A stretch of 64,000 bases of DNA from an uncultured Eubacteriales bacterium. GTDB lineage: Bacteria; Acidobacteriota; Aminicenantia; Aminicenantales; Aminicenantaceae. Of the stretch, positions 20,845 to 30,617 are shown piece after piece; the first letter of the stretch is position 1, and every line of letters begins with the position of its first letter. A program made the position numbers and the translations under genes. The stretch spans positions 174,046-238,045 of the forward strand of contig CAZPBN010000001.1 of assembly GCA_964584935.1 (NCBI GenBank), in the 5' to 3' direction. A model generated the notes under the pieces. The model worked only from the letters and a program-made list of their open reading frames with translations. It was not told the origin of the DNA and made no database searches.

Positions 20845-22152
20845 TCAACTCTTCTTCAGTTTGTTTTTTATATCATTCCACCATTTCATTCTTTTGTCTA
20901 TATCCTTCTCAAATCCAAGATTTCCAGGCTTATAATATTTTCTTCCTTTTAATCTCTCCGGCAATGTCTCCATATTGGTTGTTTTTTCCACAAAATCATG
21001 GGCATAAGCGTAATCTTTTCCATATCCGGTTTTTTTCATAAGAGAGGTGACAGGATTTCTAAGATGAAGAGGAACAGGCTCAAAAGGGCTTGACTGTACA
21101 TCATTCAAGGCTTTATCCAGAGCATAATAGGCACTGTTACTTTTGGGAGAAGAAGCCAGATAGATAACAGCTTCAGCAAGGGCTAATTCGCCTTCGGGGG
21201 AACCTAAAAAATCATATGTCTCTTTGGCATTAAGAGCTATAGAAAGAGCTTGAGGGTCGGCCAGTCCTATATCCTCAATAGCCATTCGAACAATCCGCCT
21301 TGCCAGAAAAAGAGGATCTTCACCAGCAGTGACCATTCTGGCAAACCAATAAAGCGAGGCGTCCACATCACTGTTTCTCACACTCTTATGCAGTGCAGAA
21401 ATCAAATTATAATGCTCTTCTCCCTTTTTATCATAAAGAAGAATCCGTTTCTGCAGGGCTTCTGTCACATCTTCCTTGGTGATCACTTTTTTTCTGGCAA
21501 GGTTAGAAGCTATTTCCAGAGTATTCAAAGCTCTGCGGGCATCACCGTTTGAATAGTCAATAATAACTTCCTCAGCTTTCTTCTCAAGTTTCAGACCTAA
21601 TTTCCCAAGTCCCTTTTTTGTATCATTTAAAGCTTCTCTTATTATGCGCTTTAGAGTTTCTTTAGATAAAGGATTCAGGGATAAGACCTTTGTTCTGGAA
21701 AGAAGAGGCGCTATCACTTCAAAAGAGGGATTTTCAGTTGTGGAGCCAAAAAGAATAATATCCCCCCTTTCCACATAAGGAAGAAAAGCCGCTTGCTGGA
21801 CTTTGTTAAACCTGTGAATTTCATCTATAAATATTACAGTGGGCTTTCCATAAAGCTTCTTATGGTCTTCTGCTCTTGCCATAACTTCCTTTATTTCCTT
21901 CATGCTTGAAAGCACAGCACTGAACATAAGCCAGGGAACGTTAAAATGTTTTGCCAAAATATAGCCTAAAGTTGTTTTTCCTGAACCAGGAGGCCCCCAA
22001 AATATTATTGAAACCAGATGATCGGCTTTCACTAGTCTTGAAAGTATTTTCTTTTCACCTATTAGATGATCCTGGCCATACAATTGTTCTAGGGTTAAAG
22101 GACGCATTCTTTCTGCAAGAGGAGTGTGGGTCTTCTCTTTTTTTTCAGCCAT
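20845..22152 (-). CDS. rarA: replication-associated recombination protein A (AAA+ ATPase)
   Basis: GPPGSGKTTLGYILA Walker A, IFIDEIHRFNK box II, MgsA C-terminal domain. Confidence 0.85.
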   Translation of the reverse strand: MAEKKEKTHTPLAERMRPLTLEQLYGQDHLIGEKKILSRLVKADHLVSIIFWGPPGSGKTTLGYILAKHFNVPWLMFSAVLSSMKEIKEVMARAEDHKKLYGKPTVIFIDEIHRFNKVQQAAFLPYVERGDIILFGSTTENPSFEVIAPLLSRTKVLSLNPLSKETLKRIIREALNDTKKGLGKLGLKLEKKAEEVIIDYSNGDARRALNTLEIASNLARKKVITKEDVTEALQKRILLYDKKGEEHYNLISALHKSVRNSDVDASLYWFARMVTAGEDPLFLARRIVRMAIEDIGLADPQALSIALNAKETYDFLGSPEGELALAEAVIYLASSPKSNSAYYALDKALNDVQSSPFEPVPLHLRNPVTSLMKKTGYGKDYAYAHDFVEKTTNMETLPERLKGRKYYKPGNLGFEKDIDKRMKWWNDIKNKLKKS

Positions 22153-22259
22153 ATCTTTTCCGGAAATGTTCCAATATTTTTTAAATTATATCAGATATCT
22201 TGATTGAAAAGAAAATAGATCCAGACAAAAAATAAAGAACAGTTTTACATATCCTTTTA

Positions 22260-22288
22260 TTGACATTACGAACCAACTCTAATATATT
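22260..22288 (+). promoter_or_regulatory. sigma70-like promoter (TTGACA-17-TATATT) upstream of the GH127 gene
   Basis: consensus -35 and a good -10 with 17-bp spacer read from the sequence. Confidence 0.35.
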
Positions 22289-22458
22289 TTGAGGTCCTGC
22301 GGTTCATCTGAAGCATGTTCCTTTTTTTGTGGATAAAAGAATCTTTAACAAAGACTCCTTAGCAGGAAAATCTAAACATTTTAAACTGAAAAGCAAGGAG
22401 AGAAAGGAACAACGGAAAGGGAAAACATCCTTTTCAATTTAAAAACGTGAGGGGAAAA

Positions 22459-24456
22459 ATGAACCTTATGACACATTCCATTAGACCAATCTTCATTAAA
22501 ATGACGGTCATCTTTATACTTTTATGTCCTTTATTTTATTCATGCAAGAATAAACCTAAAAAAGATTATCCCATTCACCCAGTATCATTCACAAAAGTTG
22601 ATATCAATGACAATTTCTGGCTGCCCCGCATGGAGACAAACAGAAACATAACCATTCCATTTGCTTTCAAAAAGTGTGAACAAACAGGACGAATCCGTAA
22701 TTTTTCCAAAGCAGGCAATCTCATACCCGGTGAATTCGAAGGCATTCGGTATAATGATTCTGATGTGTATAAAATCATGGAAGGAGCTGCCTATTCGTTG
22801 AGCCTCCACAGAGATCCCGAGCTTGAACAATATATGGATGATCTCATTGAGAAAATCGCAGCAGCTCAGGAAAAAGATGGCTATCTTTACACAACCCACA
22901 CCATCGATCCTGAGAATCCCGCTCCTGGAGCTGGTGACGAACGCTGGTCTAACCTCGGCTCCAGCCATGAACTTTATAACGTCGGACATATGTATGAAGC
23001 ATCAGTGGCATATTTCCAAGCAACGGGCAAACAGAATTTTTTAGATATTGCCATCAAAAACGCAAACTTTATTGCCGATACTTTTGGACCGGGCAAAAAA
23101 CAGGGTTTCCCCGGTCATCAAGAAATTGAAATAGGGCTGGTTAAACTTTACCGGGTGACAGGAAACAAAGAATATCTCGATTTGGCACGATTTTTTCTTG
23201 ACGTTCGCGGACCAAATCTGTTCAAAAAACAATATCCGGAATCATCTTCGTTTTCAATCTATAATCAAAATTGGTATCTTCAAGCTCATAAACCTGTCAT
23301 CGAACAGAAAGAAGCAATTGGACATGCCGTTCGGGCAGCCTATATGTATTCAGGTATGGCAGATATTGCCGCCCTAACCGGAAATAAAGATTATCTCCAT
23401 GCCATTGACCGAATTTGGGAAAATGTGGTTTCTAAAAAACTGTACATAACCGGCGGAATCGGCTCAAGACACAAAGGGGAATCCTTCGGAGATAATTATG
23501 AGCTTCCCAATGCAACCGCTTATAATGAAACATGCGCAGCTATAGCCAATGTGTTCTGGAACCATAGATTATCCTTGTTACACGGGGATTCAAAATATAT
23601 GGATGTTCTGGAGCTGACTCTTTACAACGGACTGATTTCAGGTATCTCTTTAAGCGGCAACAGATTTTTTTATCCTAATCCGCTGGAATCAAATGGAAAG
23701 TATAAATTCAATCAGGGAGCCACAACCAGAAAACCGTGGTTCGATTGTACCTGCTGCCCGGTCAATATAGCTCGTTTCATCCCTTCTATTCCCGGATATA
23801 TCTATGCAAAAAGCAACAATTCGCTTTACATTAATTTATTTGTGGAAGGAAAAACAACAATCACTCCAGGGAAAAATCCGGTTGCATTGATACAGAAAAC
23901 AAGATTTCCTTGGAAGGGAGAAGTTCTTTTTACGATAAACCCGGAAGAACCGGAAATATTGACAATCAACATTCGTATACCGGGATGGGCTCAAAATAAA
24001 CCTGTTCCCAGTGACCTTTATACATATTTACACCGGTGCGAGGAAGATGCGATTTTCATCTTGAATTCGGACAGGATTAATCCAGAGATTAAAAACGGTT
24101 ATGCTTCTATTCAAAGAAAATGGAACAAAGGAGATAAACTGAAGCTCATACTTCCCTTGCCGGTTCGCAGAGTTATTGCCCATGAAAAAGTCAATGAAAA
24201 CAGAGGAAAAGTGGCAATTCAGCGAGGTCCTCTTATTTATTGTTTCGAAGGGGTTGATAATGACGGCCATGTGCTTGACCGCAAATTACCGGATAATCTC
24301 AGTTTTAAGACTGAATGGAAACCTGATCTGCTTGGCGGAATCCTCATCATAAAAGCTGTCAAACAAAACAACGAAGGATCCTTAACAGCCATCCCCTACT
24401 ATGCCTGGTCTCATCGTGGAACAGGGGAAATGGCTGTCTGGCTTCCCAGGAAATAA
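22459..24456 (+). CDS. glycoside hydrolase family 127 (beta-L-arabinofuranosidase/DUF1680) lipoprotein
   Basis: HELYNVGHMYEA and other GH127 blocks; lipobox LFYSC after the signal peptide; start placed at the ATG (MNLMTH) rather than the upstream GTG. Confidence 0.75.
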   Translation: MNLMTHSIRPIFIKMTVIFILLCPLFYSCKNKPKKDYPIHPVSFTKVDINDNFWLPRMETNRNITIPFAFKKCEQTGRIRNFSKAGNLIPGEFEGIRYNDSDVYKIMEGAAYSLSLHRDPELEQYMDDLIEKIAAAQEKDGYLYTTHTIDPENPAPGAGDERWSNLGSSHELYNVGHMYEASVAYFQATGKQNFLDIAIKNANFIADTFGPGKKQGFPGHQEIEIGLVKLYRVTGNKEYLDLARFFLDVRGPNLFKKQYPESSSFSIYNQNWYLQAHKPVIEQKEAIGHAVRAAYMYSGMADIAALTGNKDYLHAIDRIWENVVSKKLYITGGIGSRHKGESFGDNYELPNATAYNETCAAIANVFWNHRLSLLHGDSKYMDVLELTLYNGLISGISLSGNRFFYPNPLESNGKYKFNQGATTRKPWFDCTCCPVNIARFIPSIPGYIYAKSNNSLYINLFVEGKTTITPGKNPVALIQKTRFPWKGEVLFTINPEEPEILTINIRIPGWAQNKPVPSDLYTYLHRCEEDAIFILNSDRINPEIKNGYASIQRKWNKGDKLKLILPLPVRRVIAHEKVNENRGKVAIQRGPLIYCFEGVDNDGHVLDRKLPDNLSFKTEWKPDLLGGILIIKAVKQNNEGSLTAIPYYAWSHRGTGEMAVWLPRK

Positions 24457-24909
24457 AAAATTAAATCCAATTCCTCTTTTCTGTTTCTTATAGTACTTGA
24501 TTCAAAAACAAATAAAGAGGGGAAAATAAAGAAAATATCAAAAACGGAATGGAATAATAGGCAAAGTCTGGAAATCCCAAAAGCAAAGCATTGAAACTAA
24601 AGGTTAAAAAAAGAATAAAAAATAAAAGCTTCTTCTCAAAAGCAAACTGACAATAAATAAAATTTTTACATGGGGTATTAGCTCTTTATCCAATGAAAAA
24701 AAATCAAACGAAGAGTTCTTGATGTTCCCTAACATAGGAGAAGGATCCTTATTTCTTTTTCACTCATAAAGCACTTCTTTTCTTGAGATAACTCATTTTA
24801 TTCCTTTTTTCCCTAAATTCAGGATATCTTTTCTCATCGCGAATATTATATTTAAATCCCTGCTTGTCTACAATTATATTTTTAACGGAACTTCAATCAT
24901 ATTCCTTTC

Positions 24910-24938
24910 TTGACGTAGATATTTATAAATGCTAATTT
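24910..24938 (+). promoter_or_regulatory. sigma70-like promoter (TTGACG-17-TAATTT) for the MerR-family gene
   Basis: -35/-10 hexamers with 17-bp spacer; a TTGACGT / GACGTTCAA imperfect inverted repeat spans the element. Confidence 0.35.
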
Positions 24939-25035
24939 TATGGACGTTCAAAGGGAGCAGCTTTGTTTATTCAGCATGTTGACTCCATCAGGAAAAATAT
25001 CATAATTAGATTCAAGCTGTAGAAAATAACAAAAC

Positions 25036-25392
25036 ATGAATAATAATAAAACACCCCATAAAATGGTGTATAAGCTGGAGGAAGTAAGTAAAATCACTAA
25101 CATTAATCCTGGAGTTATTACTAACTGGGAAAATGAATTCTATTTTCTCCATGCAGGGCAAACCGCATCGGGAGATAAAATATTTAGAAAAAAAGACCTG
25201 GACATCATCATCCGATTAAATGAATTGCTGGAAGGACAGGGACTCACTCTCGCTGGAGCTAAAAGAAAAATCGAAGAAGAATTCGGTTTTAAAACTCCGG
25301 TTCCAATTCATCCAGACCGATTGAAAAAAGTCATCCTGGAGGTTCGTGAACTCCTCCAAGAAATTTCTGACTTAATGAACCAAAATTCATGA
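25036..25392 (+). CDS. MerR family transcriptional regulator
   Basis: N-terminal HTH (YKLEEVSKITNINPGVITNWE) and a C-terminal coiled-coil region; the true start may be the internal MVYKLEE. Confidence 0.6.
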   Translation: MNNNKTPHKMVYKLEEVSKITNINPGVITNWENEFYFLHAGQTASGDKIFRKKDLDIIIRLNELLEGQGLTLAGAKRKIEEEFGFKTPVPIHPDRLKKVILEVRELLQEISDLMNQNS

Positions 25393-25451
25393 TAAATATC
25401 ATTTTCTGATTTTTAATCACATATATTTCTGCTATAATGAATTTTTTCAGT

Positions 25452-25528
25452 CGGGACGTGGCGCAGCCTGGTAGCGCACACGCTTGGGGTGCGTGGGGTC
25501 GGCGGTTCAAATCCGCTCGTCCCGACCA
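25452..25528 (+). tRNA. tRNA-Pro (anticodon GGG)
   Basis: 77-nt cloverleaf: acceptor CGGGACG/CGTCCCG, D-arm GCGC-AGCCTGGTA-GCGC, anticodon loop TTGGGGT, T-loop TTCAAAT, encoded CCA. Confidence 0.9.
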
Positions 25529-25581
25529 TTTTTATATATACCCTTGTTAACCCAGAATAAGGAAGGGAAAGTATTGAACAA

Positions 25582-26343
25582 TTGAAAAAAAAATCAATTC
25601 TTTTAACAAACGACGATGGATATTTTTCAGAAGGAATCAACAGTCTTTATAATTTTATAAAAAGTTTGGGAGATACTTATATAGTCGCTCCGGATAGAGA
25701 AATGAGCGCCACCTCCCTTTCTTTAACTCTTCACAATCCTCTCAGAGCTAAAAAAATCGAGCCCCATGTTTTTGCTGTCCAAGGAACTCCTGCAGACTGC
25801 ATTTATCTCGCAGTAAGAGTTCTTTTGCCCAAAAAACCGGATATGATAATCTCAGGATTCAACCATGGCCCCAATCTGGGCCAGCAGGATATATCCTATT
25901 CAGGAACAGTTGCAGCCGCTTTTCAAGGAACCTTTCTGGGAATTCCTTCCATAGCTATTTCTCTTATACGTAATCAAAAAGGAAAATTTCATTTTCAAGA
26001 ATCCGGGGATATCACTCTTTCTATAGTTAAAAAATTATTAGATCATTCTCTACCTCCGGGGCTCACTCTGAACATAAATATCCCTACTCCTCCCTTCAAA
26101 GGCATAAAAATTACAAACCTTGGCATTAAAAGGTACAATCCTGAAATTATTGAAAATAAAGATCCCAGAAAAAACCAATATTTTTGGATAGGGATGAGCA
26201 ATCCCAAAGCTCAAGGTGATAAAAACAGTGATGTCCATATAATCAAAGAAGGATACATCACCATCACTCCGTTACAGAACGATTTAACAGATTATAAAAG
26301 CATTTCATTATTACAAAAAATGTTCAAAGGAATAAAAGATTAA
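25582..26343 (+). CDS. surE: 5'/3'-nucleotidase SurE
   Basis: ILLTNDDGYFSEGI N-terminal signature, 253 aa. Confidence 0.85.
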   Translation: MKKKSILLTNDDGYFSEGINSLYNFIKSLGDTYIVAPDREMSATSLSLTLHNPLRAKKIEPHVFAVQGTPADCIYLAVRVLLPKKPDMIISGFNHGPNLGQQDISYSGTVAAAFQGTFLGIPSIAISLIRNQKGKFHFQESGDITLSIVKKLLDHSLPPGLTLNINIPTPPFKGIKITNLGIKRYNPEIIENKDPRKNQYFWIGMSNPKAQGDKNSDVHIIKEGYITITPLQNDLTDYKSISLLQKMFKGIKD

Positions 26344-26401
26344 ATTATTAAGAAAACTTTACGATTGGGTTCTCCACTGGGCAGATACCCCTTATGGTCC
26401 T

Positions 26402-26932
26402 TTGGCACTTTTCCTTCTTGCTGTTGCTGAAAGCTCCTTTTTTCCTGTCCCTCCTGATCCTTTATTGATCGCGCTTTGCTTAGGAGCTATAAAAAAATCG
26501 TGGAAGTTTGCTCTTTACACATCAATTGCTTCCTTATTAGGAGGCATGTTTGGATATTTGATCGGCTTAGAATTATGGGAAGTTGTTGATTCCTTCTTTT
26601 TTAAATATATACCAGGTTTTACTCCGGAAATTTTTAATAAAGTTATGATCAACTACAATAGAAATGGGTTTCTATATGTGTTTTCAGCTGGATTCACTCC
26701 CATCCCTTACAAAGTTTTCACCATTGCCTCAGGAGTATTCAGGCTTAATTTTCTTATGTTTATTATTGCCTCATCTCTAAGCCGTTCTCTACGATTTTTT
26801 GCTGTTGCTGCTTTGTTTCGAAAATTTGGGCCGGGAATTAAAATATTTATTGAAAAATATTTCAATCTTTTTGCTTTTATTTTCCTCTTTCTTTTGATCG
26901 GCGGATTTCTTATTATCAAATATGTTTTCTAA
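26402..26932 (+). CDS. DedA/VTT-domain (YqaA-like) membrane protein
   Basis: 176-aa polytopic protein with a VTT-like segment; TTG start as given by the ORF track. Confidence 0.45.
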   Translation: MALFLLAVAESSFFPVPPDPLLIALCLGAIKKSWKFALYTSIASLLGGMFGYLIGLELWEVVDSFFFKYIPGFTPEIFNKVMINYNRNGFLYVFSAGFTPIPYKVFTIASGVFRLNFLMFIIASSLSRSLRFFAVAALFRKFGPGIKIFIEKYFNLFAFIFLFLLIGGFLIIKYVF

Positions 26933-26938
26933 GCGGAG

Positions 26939-27727
26939 TCATTCAAATCTTGATTTCTGCAGTAATTTACCTATTTCTCTCAATTTGGATTGAATTTTCT
27001 TTATATTTTCAGGTCCCATCCTTAGCAGATGTTTCTGGGGATCACTCAAATTTTCCAAATCTTCATTTTTCAATTTGTATGAAATAACTTTTTTCTCCAA
27101 TTCAATGTCTTTTTCTAAAACCGGAACTTCCAGTAACAGGGCAATAGCCTTAAGAAGTGTTTTCTCAAAATCTTTCTCAGGATATCCCAATTCTTTATAA
27201 GCTTCCTGAATCAATGGTTTAGCCCTTTTGTAAATTTGAACACATTTTTCTGCATCAAGGGAAGAAAAGACATCAGCCACAATATCATACCGATTATAGC
27301 TGTCAGGAGATATATAAATTTTCTTCCCTTTTGTAATAACTTCAAAGTCTTCTTCAGGAACAAAAAAGTCAATTTGATATCGAGGGCTAATTCCGTGGGG
27401 AATGTTATCCACTGCGGCGGTAAACTTGGGTATCAAGTTTTTACTTTCAATCCATTTATCAAATTCCTTATAAGAAGAAATGTCTTTAACTAATTTTCGA
27501 ATGACCGGATCACTCTCATCAAGTTTTACTTCAATCACGTCTACGTCTTCTTCTTTAATCCTCTCTTTTTCGCCCAGCGAAGGCTCCGGGGCTTTCTTTT
27601 CTGTTTCGATAACAGGAGTTTTTTCCACATCTCTACCCCGGCTTAGAAAAAAATAGATCCCCACTCCAATTAATATTAAACAGATAAAAAGAACTCCGGT
27701 TAAGATAACCTTATTTTTTTCTTTCAT
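26939..27727 (-). CDS. hypothetical membrane-anchored protein (N-terminal TM, charged periplasmic or cytoplasmic domain)
   Basis: 262 aa, single N-terminal TM helix; no confident family. Confidence 0.45.
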   Translation of the reverse strand: MKEKNKVILTGVLFICLILIGVGIYFFLSRGRDVEKTPVIETEKKAPEPSLGEKERIKEEDVDVIEVKLDESDPVIRKLVKDISSYKEFDKWIESKNLIPKFTAAVDNIPHGISPRYQIDFFVPEEDFEVITKGKKIYISPDSYNRYDIVADVFSSLDAEKCVQIYKRAKPLIQEAYKELGYPEKDFEKTLLKAIALLLEVPVLEKDIELEKKVISYKLKNEDLENLSDPQKHLLRMGPENIKKIQSKLREIGKLLQKSRFE

Positions 27728-27754
27728 ATTTTAACTTTCTCTCCTCTAAATAAA

Positions 27755-28381
27755 TCATAGGTAGCTTTTTAAAATCTCAATTTTCTTTTTGACATCATCT
27801 GATTTGATGATAAAAGAACCGGATACAAACATATTGGCACCTGCCTCATTGACACTGCTGATTGTATCAGTACTTATTCCTCCATCGACTTCAATATCCA
27901 TTTCAGGATACATCATTCTGATATCTTTTATTTTTTCAACCATCTCCGGTAAAAATTGACTCCCGTAATATCCAGGATGAACGGTCATGACCAATACCTG
28001 ATCGAGCTTCTGTAAGTAGGGAAGAATTTTTTTGATTTCAGTTTCAGGATTGATAGCTAATGCTATTTTCTTATTCAATAAAGAAACTTTTTTGATATAA
28101 GTATCCACATTGTTCAACGATTCATAATGAGCGATGATGGTATCCACTCTATCTCCATATCTCTTTATCCAATCCATGGGATTTGCTACCATTAAATGAG
28201 CTTCATAACGATATTTTTGAAGAGGAAATTTTAAATCAAAATCAAGGGAATTGGTAGGAACAAACTTTCCATCCATTATATCCAATTGAAGTAAGTTTGC
28301 ATGGTCGTTGATTTTATCAAGAATTTCTTCAAGTTCATCCTGGGTTTTGGCAATAATAGCAGGGATAATGTGCTTTTTCAT
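27755..28381 (-). CDS. rpe: ribulose-phosphate 3-epimerase family protein
   Basis: LDIMDGKFVPT, HLMV, TVHPGYYGSQF and VDGGI blocks typical of Rpe TIM barrels. Confidence 0.7.
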   Translation of the reverse strand: MKKHIIPAIIAKTQDELEEILDKINDHANLLQLDIMDGKFVPTNSLDFDLKFPLQKYRYEAHLMVANPMDWIKRYGDRVDTIIAHYESLNNVDTYIKKVSLLNKKIALAINPETEIKKILPYLQKLDQVLVMTVHPGYYGSQFLPEMVEKIKDIRMMYPEMDIEVDGGISTDTISSVNEAGANMFVSGSFIIKSDDVKKKIEILKSYL

Positions 28382-28442
28382 TTTTTTGTTTCCACTTTGC
28401 TTATACCACAGGAAAATTCCGAAGTCAAAAACACAGAGTTAT

Positions 28443-28496
28443 TTGGGTTAATTGTGTTTAGAGTGTTTTTTGCGTTAATCGCGTTGATAGTGTTTA
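28443..28496. repeat. six head-to-tail 9-bp units (TTGGGTTAA TTGTGTTTA GAGTGTTTT TTGCGTTAA TCGCGTTGA TAGTGTTTA), followed by three AGTCTAT copies, in the rpe 5' region
   Basis: 9-bp periodicity read from the sequence; same TNGYGTTNN unit family as 12841-12876. Confidence 0.55.
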
Positions 28497-28618
28497 TTGA
28501 GTCTATCCGGTCATTTTAGTCTATCTCACCTTTGTGTTTTTTTAGTCTATTTATTCTTTCCAGTCTTTCTGCGACCGTTGGTTTTTTTGAACTGAATTAG
28601 AGCCAAATCCACTCCCTG

Positions 28619-29746
28619 TCAATTTCTGTATTGTTCAGCCAGCTCAAGTCGTTCACCAATAGGAGGATGGGAATAATACAGCATTTTGACCCACCATGGA
28701 GGGTAAGCATTAGACAGATTCCGGTTAGCCAATCCTGCTATAGCCTTCATAAATGCATTTTTGTCCCTGATTATTCCTAGGGAATAGAGATCAGCCTGTT
28801 TTTCAAAACATCTGGATACGGCATTGCTTAAAGGAGCAAAAAGAAAAGACGAGATGCCCACCATCCATAGGACAAACATTGGAAATAATGTCAGGTTGTT
28901 TTTAAAGGAAGATAAAAATTCCGGAAACAATAAGTTCATAATTTTGTCCAATAAAAAAAACACAATCAGTCCTTGAAACACTCCTATAGCTATATTTTTC
29001 CATATATGCTTATGTTTATAGTGACCAACTTCATGAGCAATGATGGATTCAATTTGATGAATATCCATTTCATTCATCAAATTATCTCCTAAAACAACTC
29101 TTCTGGTTTTCCCCAGTCCGGCAAGAAAAGCATTTTCTTTCTTTGTTTGACGACTCATATCTTCTTTGAAAAAGCCTCCGCTTTTCAGTCCCTCTCGGGA
29201 TAAAATTTTTTCCAAAGATTCCGTAAGCTCTTTATCCTTTATGGGAGTGTATTTATTAAAAATGGGAAGAATGACAACCGGAAAAAGCGTAGCTAGAATA
29301 ACACTCACCACAGAAAAAGCCAGTCCTGAAATAAGCCACCAGAGTTCAGAAAATAAATCCATTACCCAGAATAACAACGCTAAAACAAGAGCCATCAAAA
29401 TAAAACCAACCAAAAAAGATTTTATCTGTTCCCACAACCAGGTTTTCACTGTCTGATTGGAAAAATTCCATTTGTGTTCATGAATATATCCACTATAGAA
29501 ACTAATAGGCAATCCCATTATAAATATTATCAATTGAAATACAATAATATAAATCAGAAAAGCCAAAACAACCGAATCCCCTGGATTCAAGAAAGCAACT
29601 TTCTCACTGAAACCAGCAAAATAGAAAACAATCAATACCATTAATGATACTACCGAACCTATAAGACCCAACAGGCGTTTTTCTTTTTCGTATTTTTTCG
29701 CCTCTTTCTGTCTTTTTTTATCTAACAATGGATGAATTTTTTTCAT
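28619..29746 (-). CDS. M48 family (Ste24/HtpX-like) zinc metalloprotease
   Basis: HEVGHYKHKH HExxH motif in a polytopic membrane protein, 375 aa. Confidence 0.8.
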   Translation of the reverse strand: MKKIHPLLDKKRQKEAKKYEKEKRLLGLIGSVVSLMVLIVFYFAGFSEKVAFLNPGDSVVLAFLIYIIVFQLIIFIMGLPISFYSGYIHEHKWNFSNQTVKTWLWEQIKSFLVGFILMALVLALLFWVMDLFSELWWLISGLAFSVVSVILATLFPVVILPIFNKYTPIKDKELTESLEKILSREGLKSGGFFKEDMSRQTKKENAFLAGLGKTRRVVLGDNLMNEMDIHQIESIIAHEVGHYKHKHIWKNIAIGVFQGLIVFFLLDKIMNLLFPEFLSSFKNNLTLFPMFVLWMVGISSFLFAPLSNAVSRCFEKQADLYSLGIIRDKNAFMKAIAGLANRNLSNAYPPWWVKMLYYSHPPIGERLELAEQYRN

Positions 29747-29900
29747 TTACTTTTTCCTCAGTTTAATAATAATACTATATACAATATACCATCGATATCA
29801 ATATCTAATATTATAGGAGTTCTTTTTGCTTTCTTAACAGGATTGTTTATAATAATCATCCATGATAAAAAAAAAATGTAAAAACTCAATGCATTATTCA

Positions 29901-29928
29901 TTGACAGAAACCATTTCATTCTTATAAT
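29901..29928 (+). promoter_or_regulatory. strong sigma70-like promoter (TTGACA-16-TATAAT) for uspA; AGGAGG RBS at about 29983
   Basis: perfect -35 and -10 hexamers read from the sequence. Confidence 0.5.
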
Positions 29929-29996
29929 CTTCTTTGTGAAACCATTTAAATATCAATCAGTTCTTTCCAACTATTGAAAGAAAAAGGAGGATCAAA

Positions 29997-30455
29997 ATGT
30001 TACCTATAAATAAAATTCTTTGGCCCACTGATTTCAGTGAGCCCTCTTATAAAGCATTACAAAGCGCCGTGGAAATGGCTGAACAATTTGGATCAACCTT
30101 GTATCTGGTGCATGTCATTGCCCCAATTCCGGCAGTGGCAGGACCCATGGGACCAGCTGGATTCGATGTAAGCCTATACCAGGAGGAATTGAAAAAGTCT
30201 GCCTCGAAAAAATTAAAGCAAATCTCAGAAAAGAAGGTCTCTAATAAGATTAAAACCCAAACCGTCATTAAACATGGAGAAGCCGCTACAGAAATAAACC
30301 GAGCAGCCAAGGAAGAAAACATGGATCTTATTGTTATTGCCACCCACGGAGAAACAGGACTCGGTCACCTTATATTTGGATCAGTCGCAGAAAAAGTCGT
30401 TCGAAACGCTTCCTCCCCTGTTTTAACCATTAGAGTATCGGAAAAAAAAGATTGA
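29997..30455 (+). CDS. universal stress protein (UspA family)
   Basis: 152 aa, ATP-binding G-x2-G-x9-G(S/T)-like C-terminus (ATHGETGLGHLIFGSVAEKV). Confidence 0.8.
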   Translation: MLPINKILWPTDFSEPSYKALQSAVEMAEQFGSTLYLVHVIAPIPAVAGPMGPAGFDVSLYQEELKKSASKKLKQISEKKVSNKIKTQTVIKHGEAATEINRAAKEENMDLIVIATHGETGLGHLIFGSVAEKVVRNASSPVLTIRVSEKKD

Positions 30456-30617
30456 GTTTTATCAACCAGACAATCGCTAGAAGACTCTAAGCGAAAAATT
30501 TAAAAGACTTGACAGTCTGGAAAACTTAAAAAATGACATGAGAGAAAAATTCAATCGATATAGTATTGCTTCCGCCAAAAGATTGGCAATACTGAGAACA
30601 CATCAAAGGAATCAAAA

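Noticed and set aside
25413-25640. 75-aa minus-strand ORF from the six-frame track
   Set aside because: It lies antisense across tRNA-Pro(GGG) and the surE start; this is a spurious reading frame.
30456-30617. AGACT-tgac-AGTCT and TATTGC-N16-GCAATA inverted repeats between uspA and the HAD-TPP gene
   Set aside because: Short (5-6 bp) arms expected by chance; no adjacent -10 element in a convincing register.
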